NCBI GenBank assembly: GCA_951406725.2
Contig: OX597817.1
Coordinates: 3,162,001 to 3,226,000, forward strand
Length of the DNA stretch: 64,000 nt
Source: Octopus vulgaris
Lineage: Eukaryota
Direction: 5' to 3'
Of this stretch, positions 36,408 to 51,470 are shown piece after piece. Under the pieces are notes generated by a model. The model did no database searches. It was not told where the DNA came from and was given only the letters and a program-made list of their open reading frames with translations. How positions within the stretch are numbered: position 1 is the stretch's first letter; every line of letters starts with the position of its first letter. The translations under genes and the position numbers were made by a program.

Positions 36408-37399
36408 TCATCATCATCATCGTTTAACATCTGCCTTCTACGTTATGCATTTAATGTATTTACATAAATATATACATACATCTATGCATAAAAATAATTG
36501 ATACAATGAACTAACATAGTAAATTTAAGTAAAATACACTGAAATATGAGAGATAGACAGAATATGAAAGAGAGAGAGAGAGACAAGTAGTGAGTGAAAG
36601 AAATAGCCAGATAGAAAACAAATAAATAGAATGTGAGCAAAAGAATAAGAGAGAATGAGACACCTTTAAAAGGAGGGTACATCTGATACTATAGTTCCTA
36701 ATACAAAAATACATACTGATGATCAAGCATGGTTGGAAAGCTTTCATTTGTCCTGTGAACCCATTAATTTAATATGACTTTAAAATATATAATAATAATA
36801 ATGTGTGCTGTTGTTTGTTTGTGTGTGTGTGTGTTGCAAGCATGGCTGCATGGTCAAGAATTTCAGTTCACAAACCTGAAATTCTGGGTATCCAAACAAC
36901 ATACTGACCTAAGACTGTGAGAGAATTTGAGAAGACGGAAACTGTGTGGATGTCCATCGAATGGATTATACTTTTAGTCCAAATGTCCAACTGCATCATG
37001 GTTATTTTGCTTAAGAATTACACAAAGGTTAGAAATATCTCCATAGCCACTTTGCATACTAATTCAATGTGAAGCAGTTGAATGAAAAACTGGTTTCTCA
37101 TGCTGAAATTGATAAATAAGTGCAGTACACCCCTCCCCTATATATATATATATATATATAAAAATATGTGTGTGTGTGTGTGTGTTGTCAGTTGCTCCAG
37201 TAAAGTACTGAGAGATCATCTGAACAGATTGAAGATGGTGAAAAACATTTTGCAGAATGATATACAACATTCAGATACAAAAAAAGGATCTAATCAGTAC
37301 AAAGTTTCAAGATCAAATTGCTAATTGAGAAACATTTCCAATGTCAGTTCAATATCTAACACATATTTATTGATTTCAATAAATATTTTAGTAAATGCT

Positions 37400-37930
37400 T
37401 TGATCAGATTTGACTATGTCTCAGGTCCATTTTGAGAACAACACCTCCATGAAGGAAATAGTAGCAATACCTGACTTGGTTTCATCTGCCATAGTAATTG
37501 CTAAATATTATATGGGAAAGATGGTTAATTTATTTCTTCAAAACTCAAACTCCACAAGTTATAGGAAGAAACGCCCAGTTGTTTAAGCATAAGTGCTTCA
37601 AAAATTCTGACACATCTTGTGCACAGATTATCAAATAAGAATCTTTTCAGGCAGCATGTAATTAAATATGCTCCGAGCTAGAATTGAATGTTAAATGGTT
37701 GCCTGGTATGAATATGTGTCCTGCATGACTCTTATTCAGAAATATTCTCAAGGGCACAAATGAAAGGGATTTGCAAGAAGAGAAAAGACTTCAGGTCTGT
37801 TGACGTCAAGAACTGGACAAGTTACAAAACAGTGAAGGAGACAGGTAACAGTAGCAATTGATGACTGCCAGAATGGCCAGAGGTGACACTTCAAGACTGA
37901 TTACATGAATCCCATTACCATAGTAACAAC
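37400..37930 (+). mobile_element. Highly decayed RTE-like LINE 3' fragment
   Basis: Degenerate V.HDS....ILKGTNE....R.....DVKNWT pattern near 37715-37820, resembling the RTE C-terminus. Confidence 0.4.
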
Positions 37931-40900
37931 AATATATGTGTGGTGTGACATTTCAGAACTTGGTTCTTGAGATTATCTCTCTTTTCATTTGTACATATTT
38001 TGCACAAGAGTTTCTTTCTATGTATAAATGCAAATAAAGTGTGTAGATCTTTTGTCAGTTTCAATGACTTTTTCTCATTATTTGATTATCTGAACTTCCA
38101 ATTCATTGACTTATGTAAATGGCTGTGTATTTTATAAACACTTGTGTTCCTGATGTGATCCTCAAGCAAAATGAATATAAATGTATATGCTAAAGCTTAT
38201 CCTTTGACTAATAAGTACAGTTCATCAAATAGGTTTCTACACAATTTCAGCCAACTCAATTTTACTCACACTTGGATTAACCCAAAATTCTGATAGTAGA
38301 TACATGCCCAAGTTGTCATACAGAAGGAATGAGCCAAGAATATCCTGATTGCAAAGCAAACTTGGAATTAATAACAAGGCCATGCCTATACCCTATACAT
38401 ATATATTCCTGTATTTAACACACATACAAGCCCACATATAAACTTAAACAGATCTAATGATATGCAATTAATGGCTAACTTTCTCGAATTAATAATTCTC
38501 TCAAGTATAGTTTGTAATCCTGCTTGTAAAAGTAACTTCAAAACAGTCACAAACTAGAATTTCCTTCAGCACAGAATATTTTCACTGTTACGGAAGTAGA
38601 TTAATGTTATCTTGGTAGAACAGTCTCTTAATTTTTCAAAATCTCAGGAATATTTCTTTATTCAGATATTATTTGGATTAGTTTGGATTGATGATTTTAT
38701 CATATGACCAACACTATAGTTCTAGTTTCAGTTCAATCAGTTTGGGATTTTGATTGACTTCTTTTCTAGGAAAGTTGATTTTACTGCTCAAGTAGGAGAT
38801 ATGTTGTCAATTTAAGTATAATATTAGCTTTGGAATTGGATTGGAATTCACACCAATATATAACAGACTGCAAAAGCAATTACAGATAAAAAGACTGATT
38901 GGGATAGTTGATGTATGATGAATGGCATAGGTGTCTTGTGAGCTCATTCTCGCTGGTGAGAGAGCTGAGCTAGCCATAAAGTCAGTATAGAAGAATATAA
39001 TGATACAAACTGTGACATCTTGATTTGCATGAAATCCATGTTAGATGCACTTCTTTAGGCTTGTATTTGTTAATTTTGGCTTGTTTTTTGTTAGTCAATT
39101 GATTATATAACTAAAATATCCCTTAACCATACTAAATGTCAAGTATATTTGTTTTCCTGAATTGTATGTGAAATCGATTTAATGGAGGTGATTACGGAAT
39201 TATATTTTAAAAATATAAATGCTTGCTGTATACCTACAACTTCTAAGGCTACAGATTTTGATGGATTGACTTATAAATTATAAATTTTCTATTAAGAATC
39301 TTTCCTGCATATAATGCACATTTATTCAGATGATGGGCCTGTATTTAATCTGCTCTACCATTATGACTGCTCTACAAAATCAATGAAGGAAGCCAAATGA
39401 TTCTGATAAATGTGTGAATAATTCATTGTTTTGCTCTTTTGTTTTTAGAAATTACAAAACATATATTTTACAATTGGAAGTATTCTGTTAAAAATAAAAA
39501 AGCAGTAAATTTCTAATATATTAATCAATATCACCTCATCATGATAAACACAATTAGAAGCATTTCCAGCAACACCCCCATAATCATCAGTATCTTCAGA
39601 AGCAGTATTATACAAGTTATATTTTTTTATGCTTGTCTGACTTCTCGTCTGAATCTAAGTAACTGAATATTAATAAATATAATTTGAAGGATAGTTTTAT
39701 AGCTAAAATTATAGAATGAAAAGAATAAGAGAGGGAAAGAAATAGTAAAGCCGAGAATATTAGCAACCAATATATGTGTACATTGTACAGTCACGGCTAA
39801 GCTTTCTTGAGGGTCAAAACTTGTCCTGAGTTATGTTCCATACTTGTCTGGCAAGCAATCAAAATCATATTAACTGATAACAATTTTTTTCTTTTCTCAT
39901 CAATGCAGATTACTTCCAGTTACATTTTGTTATGTTCCTTTCATTAGATATGTTACTACAAAATTAGTTCTAGTCTTTTTATATGGATAGCTTCTACATT
40001 TCTACATAATTTATTATTTCAAAAATATTGTGACTTTCTACACTTATTGGTGTTCATTATTGAATACCTACCAAATGATTCTCTCATCACTACTTTGGTA
40101 ATTACAGTAAACCCTAACAGACCAGGCCTGAGATCAAAGGTTTTGACCAAAAGTTCCACCTTATCTTTTTCCTGTAAACAGGGAAACCCAGAACCATACC
40201 ATTAAATATGACCTTTTCTGAAATGGTATGTTGTGGTCTGAGAGAGTTTTGGACTACTGTTTCTAACAGGTCACATGTGACTTACTTGAAGCTCAATTTA
40301 TTGGCATAAACTCCTCTTAATATTTTCACACCTTTAAAAGAGAGACTACATAAGGTCCCCGCATCAAAATTCTTGGACAACTGCTGTATCTGAAGAGAAT
40401 GCTGGCACTGGTAGCCATATAACTTCTATCTGCATTGCTGAATCATTAATTAAAATTTCAGCAATTATTTCTGGTCACAAGTTTGATAAGGTAAGATCGA
40501 AAGGTGTATTCGTCAACAACTAATAAAATTGAAAGGGAATTTGTAAAAATAAGTAAAATAGGCCTAAAATTATTTCTTAATAATTGCACATCTAAATTGC
40601 TTAACTTGCATATTGATGAAATGTTTACATATTTAGGAATATATTTCCATTTTCAAAGTGCAATGAATAAACAATAGATGACTCACAAGCCATGATATAT
40701 TTTGGAATTCTATACATTTCTATACATTTCTAATGAAGGGAAATAACTGTGATAGAATATGTTTTAATTTGTGACTAACCATATATCTTTACATAAAATA
40801 AAATGTCATTTTACTATTCATAGCTGTTTAAAAAAGGAATAAAAGAATTTATGAAATGTGTGCTTGATAAAGCATGCGCATACCAGTGTGAGTATCTACT

Positions 40901-43124
40901 CCAACAATCTAATAAATCCTAAAGTGTATTATGTAACCTGACTTTAAAAAGTATTTCAGCTATATCTAAAAGTGCTCTTATGTATGTGAATTTGATATTT
41001 TGTAACTATTGATTAAGTTGTCATTCATTAACTATTGATTAAGTTGTCTGTTTACTGTAATTATCCTCCCACTCACCTCAGTATACATAAAGTGACATTA
41101 ACTCATTGGTGGTGATGTAAATAATATCAAATATATAGATTGACAGTTTCCATATTGTCACTGTATACATAATATCAAGTAGATGGAAGAGATAATAAGT
41201 TTAAAAAGGACAGAAAGTAAAAAGTAGTTTGAGGAGAGAGAAAAATTAGATCTGACACAAAGAGAAACCTGACAAACTAATATTAGAGATTTGAAATAGT
41301 AAACTGGAAGTAGGGAAGAGTAGAAGCTGTTATACAAAATATTTCAACATAGATAACATGATAAGTAAACTTAGACACACAGATAAACAGGCACAGACTC
41401 ATGTACATAAACAAGTACAGATTCATGCACATAAAAAACATACACACAGACAGAGACATGCTAGTTTGAATGCAAAACTTAAAAAAAAAAGCATTCAAAC
41501 CTATACTTTAATTAAATTGGTACAAAGCAAATGTCATTTTTAATTATCGTGTCCTACATGAAAATGCTTTTCCACCTATTTTTGATTGTGAATGCATAAG
41601 AAGTAAATTTATTAGATAAATAAGAGTTGCTCAAAGAAAATTTAAGAATATCTCTAATGAAAATATTTGAGTTATGTCATATGATTTTGGCACCTAGCAA
41701 AAGCTATTCACCGGGATAAATGGGACTGAATTGGCTGGAAGCAGACCATATATTTATTTGCATTAAAAAAAATCTACAACCAAGAGAAAAAGACAATAAA
41801 AAGATTTAGGCAAAGTTAAAAAGCTAAGAGAAAATACCAGCAATAAAATCATAATTTAAAAAAAAATTATTATATTTGCCTTCTTCATCCAATACAATAT
41901 TTAAGAAGCATATTAATTTTACAGTAATTACATAATTACAAACTTTAGAAAAGATACTATTCATGATAACAAAAGCCTCCATGGTCTCAGAAAAATGATA
42001 GAGAAAAATGTTTTAAGAATTCGTTTTTATTAATTACAAAGTTTGTTACACGCAAATATTAATTTGTTTTTCCAGAATTTATTATTTCATACTGAACAAG
42101 ATCCTTAAACATAATTGAGACATAGGGCAAAGTAATTAATATTAAATTCTTCAACATTACTCAAATTGAGATCTGAAATGGTGAAATATACTCTAAATTA
42201 GGATTAGTGCAGTTTTAAGACCAAAAACTCAACTTACCTGAACTAATGACTTGATTGAGGAAATATAAACATCAGAGTTTGGGAAATTAACATTCAATTT
42301 CAATGAAAATTTTATATGTGCATGCAGCTTTAATAAATGGCAAATGTAAAAAATATTTTTGTATGCTGAAGATTTGCCCTTGTACCAGTCATATATTCTT
42401 AGTTATATGATGTTTATAAACTATTGCTAAAAAGAAATTAAAAACAAAAAACAAAGAAAAAACTGAACATCCAAAAAATAAGTGCCATAAATTTTATCAA
42501 ACAATTAATCCCTTCCAGAAATGATATTAATAAAAATATGTAATGCATTTCATTGTGAGGAGAATGATTTCTGTACTTAGTGAATATCTATTGTTTAATT
42601 CACTCTAAAAGATTTTGTTAGCACCATTTGAGAAGTTCCTGGTTAGGGAATGACTATAAGTAGATTTACTTCATCTATGCCATCATGTGAATGAATAGAT
42701 ATCTAGTAAAAGATTTTCTATGATGTAACTATTTACTCTCATGATTGTATTTTCATCAATAAGGCTGTTTTCATTTTCTTTACTATGCCATTTTGAAAGT
42801 TTTGTTGACAGTTGTCAGAATATCACATTGGCTCGTCTTTATAGAAAGCATTCCTTAAAAAATAAAAATGACTGTTTAAAAGACTCAAACAGAACGGTTA
42901 TAATTATAATATTTAGAAAATGTTTCCTTAAATCCTAGAAAGATTAAGTGCGGGTGGGGGATTGTAAAACAGGAAAAAAATTCTAAGTTCTTCATTTATT
43001 TTCTGAAAGCCTATATGATAGTTGAAAATACTTGACATTTGGGCTTAATTAATTCAACCTAAAGCAATGAGAAGCAGTACATAATTTGATGATCAAGGCA
43101 AGAATAGAAACTATGTCATTCCAC

Positions 43125-43350
43125 CAGTGTTTCCTCTAAGCTGTGTGCTTGTGCCTGTGCACAGATGTTTTACAAATAGGAGAGAAAAAATGTGTGCACG
43201 CATGATTTTCAAGATGAAATCAAATTTTTTTAACTGAAGAAATTTGAGCAATGGTTACTCATATAGATGTACACTTTGCAAGGAAAGACAAAATTTGCAA
43301 ATTTGCAAAATTCTGCACACAACCACAGCAAAAGATTAGAGGGAACATTG
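43125..43350. mobile_element. Old hAT-like MITE
   Basis: TIRs CAGTGTTTCCTCTAA / TTAGAGGGAACATTG; 8-bp TSD CATTCCAC / CACTCCGC (two transitions). Confidence 0.75.
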
Positions 43351-46300
43351 CACTCCGCAATAAATTTGTTGAAAGAATTTATATCTTTTAATATCAGGAG
43401 TGACTGATAAAATGTTCTCTACAATAGTTTATATGTTTAAGTTGAATAATTTAATAAAACTCTAAATTTTGTAAAATGGTTAATATAAAGATAGTTTATA
43501 CAACTTGATACAGGAAAGGAACTTATCAAATGAAGAACTCAAATTTGAAAAAACAAAAAAGTGTATAATGACTAATGATTTAATACATACACCAAAGAAA
43601 TGAAAAACTATTTTCATAAAATCAGTGTCAAAATTTAATCTACTTTTACTAATAGAAAACTTTTGAATTTATTTTCGTTTGAAGAATGAGCTAATAATGA
43701 AGGTGAAGGGATTCAAAGAGGCAAGAAATAAGAACAATTCCAATATTATTTACAGAGGAGTGGATAGTTTATAGAGAACTGATCAAATTCATGAAAATTC
43801 GGCTGATGAATAGGGCTGTGTTTAGACCATTTACTTCTTGTCAAGAAATCTTGTTCAGAATCCTTGATTGCTGAAATGATGAAAATCTTGTGTGTTTGTC
43901 AATTCAATGAAATGAGCATCAAACCAGTGTTTCCTTTTGAATTTGAGTGAAAGTTTATTTTTCACATTATGAACTAAAAATGCTGATCAAATTTAGTATT
44001 TCTGTGGTTATTCATATAAACATACTTAGATTGTAAGTCTGATTATGAAATTCTATACTAATAAAGAATTCAAAAGAAAGTAATTGATTTTCTTCAAATG
44101 GAATTTATACATAATCTTTTCTGCAAGAAGAATTAATTTTTCATTTATATACGAAATAATTTTAGTAGGAGGTGAGTGGCAGATGATTAAATCATCATGC
44201 GAGTTCTTATTTTATCAAGCCCAGAGTAATGTAAGCTAAGGTTAATCCCAGTAGATTTAAACTCAGATATGACGTATTTTCTCTAACTCGTTTGTTTTTC
44301 AAGAAATATTGATGATAAGAACTGTAGAAATATCAATTTATATAGAAGTCATTAAAAAATCATAACTATTATTTCTGTGAATATCAATAATTACACCACC
44401 CCACTATAAAGAAAAATTGTGAGAAAAATATTTATTCATAACTTTACTTTATTTTTGGATATTCTTCTTGCTCTTTAAACAAAGTTTAGTTTTGATTTTA
44501 AAAATAAATAAAGGAACAAATAAACAAATAAATAACAATAAAAAAAAGTAAAGGATATATGAAAAATTCTTGAACAAAATAAAATGTACAAATGAAATGA
44601 AATAATAGTCTTTCATCCAATATTCAAATAAAGAAATGAAAACAATAATAGGGAATTGAAGAGAAATTGAAGTCAATAAACAAAATAAAGTTAAATAGAA
44701 GAAAATCAAATCTTAAAAAAATCATAGTTTTAAAGGAAAAAAGTTATACCGATATATTTAGAAATAACTTGCTGTCATCATTGCAAAGAGAAGAAAGCTT
44801 ATAATAAATCATACTAAATGTAGTGGTGTTTATTATTATATCATAATCTATGTAAGTTTTGAAAAATAAAATCTAAATTATTGACCAGCATTTAAAGCTA
44901 ACAAAGGAAATATAAACGTTTAAAAAAAAGAAAACATGGCAAAAATGTTTGATAATATAAAGAAGGATAAATCTGGAAATGAATATTTGTTTTGATCAGA
45001 GCAAAATGGTCATATATTTCAGGGATTGGAAATATGAATTTATGATGTTCAAGGTTTTACTAAGGGCATACAAAACATCATTAAACTGAAGGTGTTTCAG
45101 CTGAAAATCAAAGGTTGGTTCCTCTCTTGATATTCCAGATGTGCACACTTTACTCCCATGACACTTGTTACTGTTTGGTAATGAATATTGCCCAAAAAGA
45201 ACAGATATGAAGAATTTCATCCAAAGATTCTTTAGTACTGTATACTGCACTTAAATCTTAGTATTATTTAGAAATGCTTGTGAACTGCATGCATATCTTA
45301 TTTTAGTTCACAGACGATTGATGGACTTGTATAATAGCAACTGAGCTGAGCTTCATTTATAGAAGAGACAATTAACTCATACTGGGTTAATCCACCAGAG
45401 TATAATTACTAAGTTGGTAGAGCTTATTTAAGAAAAATAGTAAAAGCACTAAATAATAAATTATTTTTAATACCTTGCAGTAATGAGCTTTAAGTCCTTT
45501 TGAAGGCATGAAGAAAACAACAGCAAACTATTTCAGTACATTCTTCCCTATCAAAAAATTACATTACTTTATCTTCACTAGAAGTTATCTTCATATTGAT
45601 GGCTGTACTAGTCTGGTATTTTATATTGGCAATGTCAGTTATTAGGTACATGATTAAATTTAAACAGATAATGAATGACAACATGTACTTATTTTGAATT
45701 CATATCAAAACTTCAGTTACCTTGAACCTGACTATTTTTAATATATATTTTTGTTATGTTTTATTTTTATTTTTGTTGCATATTTTAAGTAAAACCTTGA
45801 AGAGAAAAACTTACAAAAATACTAGTATATAGAGATATTGACTTCTCAACTCATAATACTCCAAAATTTTAATATTTTCTACACATTTAAGTGTTTAACT
45901 AAAAGAATGAATTCTTTAAAATTTTGAAGTACAAAAGCAGACTTCTGAAATTTTTTATCTCATGTTAGAATATTTTAATATAGTGTTTAAACAAAAACGA
46001 TAATATATAGTCTTAGATATATAGCTGCCTCAATATCCAGCATTATAGTTTCATTATAAATAGAACTAGATATTTATTCTCTTTAGCTATATTTTTGATA
46101 CGTCAGAATCGAACACATTATTTTCCTATTATGCTCATATCTGTGAATCCTCATCTTAAATCTATAGAATATTTCACATACAAATGCAAAACATTTCAAC
46201 TCAGTCTTAGTTGCTTAATTATACAGACTATTATGGAGTTATTTGTACATTTATGATTAATAATTTCCAAATCATTTTAGCAAATTTGGAAACTTTATTC

Positions 46301-49300
46301 TCCATGGTTGTATTTTTGAGGAGTTACATATGTATTTATATAGAGAGATTGATAACATTGGGGAGTCAAACATCTGCTCTTGCCAAGACCTTTCCCACAT
46401 TGCAGAGTACTATGTAGATTAGGAAAGGGTTGGCATTTTAATTGGCCCCCAAATGCCACAAAATGGCTTCAGCCATGATTTGCTCTGGTCTTGCTATTTC
46501 TGATATGTATGTGTGTATGTATGTTTGTATTTATGTATGTGTGTGGTGTGCTGTATGCATGTATGTATGTTTATGTGTGTGTTTATGTATATGGTGTACT
46601 GTATGAATGTATGTATACACACACACACACACACATACACATATATATTTATATACAGTATCTGTGTGAGTATGTGTATATATGAGTATATGAGATATAG
46701 AATGGCAATATAGAAGCTAATAGCTGACAGCATTTCATTAATAATTACATAATTAGCCGATGTGATTTTATAATTTAATATTTTTTACACTTTGTTAATA
46801 GATGTCATTTTGCTTTTTTTTATTGATTCCAGTTGGTTTATTTCAGACATCTCGCACCACAAAATGTATCAAATTTGGCAAGAAATTTGGAAATGGTTCA
46901 ATTTTTACATATTATAAAAGGAAAAGAAGAAAAATTCAAGAAGATTTCTACTTAGAAATATATATTTACTCATATTATATGTCTGATATATTTCTATTGT
47001 TCTTTTTTAAATCAAGCCAAAAGTTTAAGCAAGAATTTGATCATTATAGTTGTTAATATCTAAATAATAATAATAATAATAATAATATTAATAGTAATAA
47101 TAATAATAATAATAATAAAAATCTGAAATTAATTAGTGTGGCAATTTCAAAATTACTACAGGAAGTTAGAAAACAGTCATGAGATCCAAAAAAAAAAAAA
47201 CTGATAAAACATTGATATTAAAATATCATTCTCAATTTAATAGTAAAAAATAATCGATTGACATCCTTAACAAAAGCTTATGCAGGGAGCAAAATATCTT
47301 GTCTGTTATTAATCAAATTTATTTACACAACAAGTAAGATTGCTGAATTGATAAGTAGCACCATAATATTCACAGAGAAATTACAAATGTAATGAAATAC
47401 ACAATTTTGCCAAACATTTAGGAGAAAAAACACAAATAGAATTACAGAAAGTATAACCATTTGGGAAGAAATAAGAATTCATTAATACTTATCTATATTA
47501 CTCTTAGAATCTGGGATCCTAGAGCGTTCTATGTCCAGTTTAACAATGCAGTTAAAACCCAATAAAATGAATTTCAAATCACATGGAATACACAGCAAAA
47601 GTACTAAAATGATATATTGAGAAATAAATTTCATAGGAAGTTGAAGATCATCAATAATAAAACATTGTATATACTTTAAAAATATTTGAAAGTCATTTTA
47701 AAAAAAAAACGTTTTCATCATTCAGTGTTTCAAAAGAGGCCGGATCCGCTTGGACAAGTCTGTATATAAATATTCTCCAGAAGATAGAATTCGATGTATG
47801 ATTTATATCATAAAGTCAACATAGAACCAATGTAGTAAATGTTAATAACAACACTTAATGGTTAATTATTCTGGAGAACAAATCCTGTTCATTTCTATCT
47901 ATGCAAATGATCTATTGTTTTAAGTTGGATGGAATAATGGTAACCATATTTAATGAATAAAATATTTCATATTCTTGTTTTACTTTTGAAAAAAAAAAAT
48001 TGAAGTCAAGTTATATACCAACTAATATATAAAAATTGAAAAAGAAAAAAAAAAGAAACAAATGTAAAACTTCCATTGTTTATAGCAGGCATAAGAAACC
48101 TGTTTAATTCATGGTTGAGCTTCACTTACATTTTTTATTTTACTTCAAAATGTCATTAGAAAGAGCAGTGAATATCAATAAGAGTTATCTTCTAAAAATA
48201 AAGCTAATAAACAAATTGCAAAAAAAATGATAATCAAGAATCATCAATTAAATTCGCTGTATGTGACATTCCAACTACACACTTATAAATTACTTTTCTA
48301 TAACTGAATGAAATGTAGTAATCAAAGATTAAAGGATGAAGAAAATTCTAAACCTTTTTCTTTGAAATTGTTTTGTAAAAAAGTAAAGTATTTGATTTTA
48401 AATTGCTCTTTCCATTGTTTTAACACTGAGTTTTGAAATATTTTTCATAAATCAGCATAATTGAATATTTTCTGAATTAATTGAAGTTGGATAATAATAA
48501 TAATAAAAAAAAAAGCACGGCTTCTTAAATGTCTAAAATAGTAGATATTTAATTTTCCACTTGAAGATAATGTCAATTTTGATATAAGTTATAACTTATT
48601 TCCAGAAGTGGCTATTGCATGTACAAAATATTTTGCCAAAATAATTGTACTCCAATCAACATTTGGAGCTAATCCAACACAAAAATCACAGATACAGCAA
48701 AAATATTGTTTTTCCTTTTCTTTTGTTTTGACCAGCAGCCTTTGATTGTCCACATTATTAAACTTGATAAAAATAAAAATAAACAGTTTTGGAACTTTTT
48801 TCTCTAGTGCTTCAAACAAGGAATTATGTAACACAAAGAAAAATAATTGGCATAATATGCAAATGAAATTTTAAAAATTAAGTTAAATAAATGTTTATAA
48901 GTTTTCTTTGTTGTTTTTTTTTAAAGAAAAATATTACAAAAAAAACCTTACATGTTGATTATAAGTATAGATAACTATATTGCTTTAATTTAAAAAAAAA
49001 AGAATAACCTAACAATTTGAAATGCTACCAACTTAAGACTGAAAGAGAGGCAAAAATGTGAAAATGTCCGAGAGAAAATATTTAACTGTAAAAAGCTATA
49101 CATATTGAAATACAGTTATGTGTCATCAGGCTTACAATTTTATCACAGATAGAAAACTGGTCTTGGAATAGACAGCACACATGCGAACAACAATATTACA
49201 CAAAAGTTCCCATATCAAAAACATCAAGTTTTTAAAGAGATTACACATGGAGTATATTTCTTAAATTTCAATCTGATATGTTTGAAATCACTTTGACTTA

Positions 49301-51281
49301 CACAATAATATAACTTTGATATATAGGGTAAAGGTTCTCTCTAGACTTCCACTTTATCTTACTGGTCAAGTTAAAAGAATTTCGCAATAGTAGAACTGAT
49401 GGCCAAGACTACATTGCTTGTGTGCACTATTATAATTGTTAAAATTGATATCAGTTAATTGATATTGTTATCTATCTGTTGTTCTGTGGGAATCATGATG
49501 GCCGAGTCAGTAATGTTAGACAATACCCGAAATCATATTCTATATTAATACTGTATCTTGTTCACAATAAACACTCTTAACTCTGAAAAGCTCAGTCAAC
49601 TTATATCAAAGTAAGCATCATAGATACCAAGTTGGTAGTATTGTTCACTACTGTAAGCAGCAGTACTGTGAAATTATTAAGTATTGCATTGGGTAGCAGT
49701 TCTGAATTTTCTGTCTTCAATTTCTCCAGTAGGAAAGACTATCTGCGATTGACTAACATCCTAACCAGGAGTGGTTGTATTATCCAACCCTTGGATAAAA
49801 CCAAATTGGAATTGAATACTACAAATGGATCTTTACAAGTCAGAAAGAATTTATTTTTTCTTAGGGTTCTTGAAAAGTATGGCATCATATTTTCCTTCTA
49901 CCAGCTTGAAGCTTTGTACCTGTAAGGAATCAGTATCTATTGAGAAATATTTTAGCAACAAAATATCTTGTAAAATTTTATAAAATTTCTTTCTTGAAAA
50001 TTAATAACTTGCAAGAAACCTATTTCTAAACTTAAGCTATGCTTTACTATCATTATTATAAGAAATGTTAGATTTAGTTTAATTCTTAAAAAGATTAATT
50101 TAGAACAGATTGAAAATTGCTCAAGTAAGAAGAATAGCTACTCTTTTTAGACAGGTAAATGTTTTAGATGCAAAGCTTCACACACAACAGAAATAATTCA
50201 TTAATGAAGAGAAACCAATTTTACTTGGTCGTAGAATAGTAAATTTACCACTTTCATTTAACCCTGATAGTTGTATTTTCCTTCTTTTAATATTTGTGTC
50301 ATATTGATATAAATTCAGTGATTAGGATTTAGCTCTTGCTAAAATATTTTTTGTTTTTTAATTGTTGCTAATGTTTGGACTTCAGTAAGAATATTGAGGA
50401 TTCTCATCAGATTTATAACTTTAAAACCATTCTCTTTCAGATTAAATTGTGTATAAACACCATGATAAAGGAAAATTCAAGAGTTACTTATTTCAAAGTA
50501 AATATTGTAAGATGTTAATAATTAAGCACCTCGTATTTGCCACACAATATGTGTTTATCAATGTGAATATATTCCAAATATCAGACCAATAATTTTCAGT
50601 CAAATACCAAAGGAATTTTTTCTTTATCAATAGAGAAATTTGGGAAATATTTCTTTGGAATAAGAAAGATTGATTTCATGGTTCATTTATATAATCTTAA
50701 ATTAGTTATCATGATAAATATGTGAATTATTACAAAACAAAACACTTTCAAAATATTGAGAAAATATTTAGGATTATAAGAAAGCAATGTCTATTTTTCC
50801 ATGTGAGTATGGCTTAGATGAGATGGGGGTATAACTTGAAAAGCAAGTGAGGGTTAGTGACAGAAAGGGCATCTGGTTGAAGACAATGCCTCAATAATAT
50901 ATTCATCTAACACATGCTAACATGGAAAAAATGGATGTAAAAATTAACAAAGAAAGCAAGTCATGTTTTTTATCAATGGTTTAAGATTAATATTATATTG
51001 ATTCTTTATTATACAACAAAGATGATATCAGAATGTATGCATATTATCTTTGTTGTATATCTTTCAAACTTTAAATTTGAATTTGTCATTTCTAAGCTGA
51101 ATATGGTTTAATATTGTTATAAAAGCTGATAATTTTGTAAGATAAAAGTCTATAATTATATATCTAACTGTTGTTGTTTACTAAATGAGGGATAATTATC
51201 CACTAATTAAAGTTAACACTAAACAAAAGAAAACAAAAGAAGCAGCAACAAAAAGTATGAAGATAAATAAGAAAACAAATA

Positions 51282-51470
51282 CTGTGCAGCCTCATTATAA
51301 TGCACCCCAGTTTAGCTCAAATTCGGATATAATGCAATGAGTCATTGGACCCATCTTTTTTGCTCTTTCCGGATTTTCTTGAACACCTGAATTTCTTGAA
51401 CCCCAATTTAGTATGACCCCAATGATATTTTATGAACCCCCAATGACTGTGCTATAATGGGGCAGTACTG
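51282..51470. mobile_element. Old pogo/Tigger-like MITE
   Basis: TA-flanked imperfect TIRs CTGTGCAGCCTCATTATAA / CTATAATGGGGCAGTACTG. Confidence 0.55.

Noticed and set aside
38914-38970. ATGATGA ... CTGA resembling a box C/D snoRNA
   Set aside because: Short, no convincing terminal stem and no recognisable rRNA guide; expected by chance.
41003-41048. 20-bp direct repeat TAACTATTGATTAAGTTGTC with a 6-bp spacer
   Set aside because: Most simply a local slippage duplication; no further structure.
42619-42635. TAGCACCATTTGA resembling miR-29
   Set aside because: No complementary upstream arm to form a precursor hairpin, and the match ends after 13 nt.
44996-49925. Short ORFs (44996-45250, 46802-47056, 48589-48834, 49632-49925) in the repeat-poor region
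   Set aside because: No recognisable domains, and their lengths are compatible with chance in six frames.
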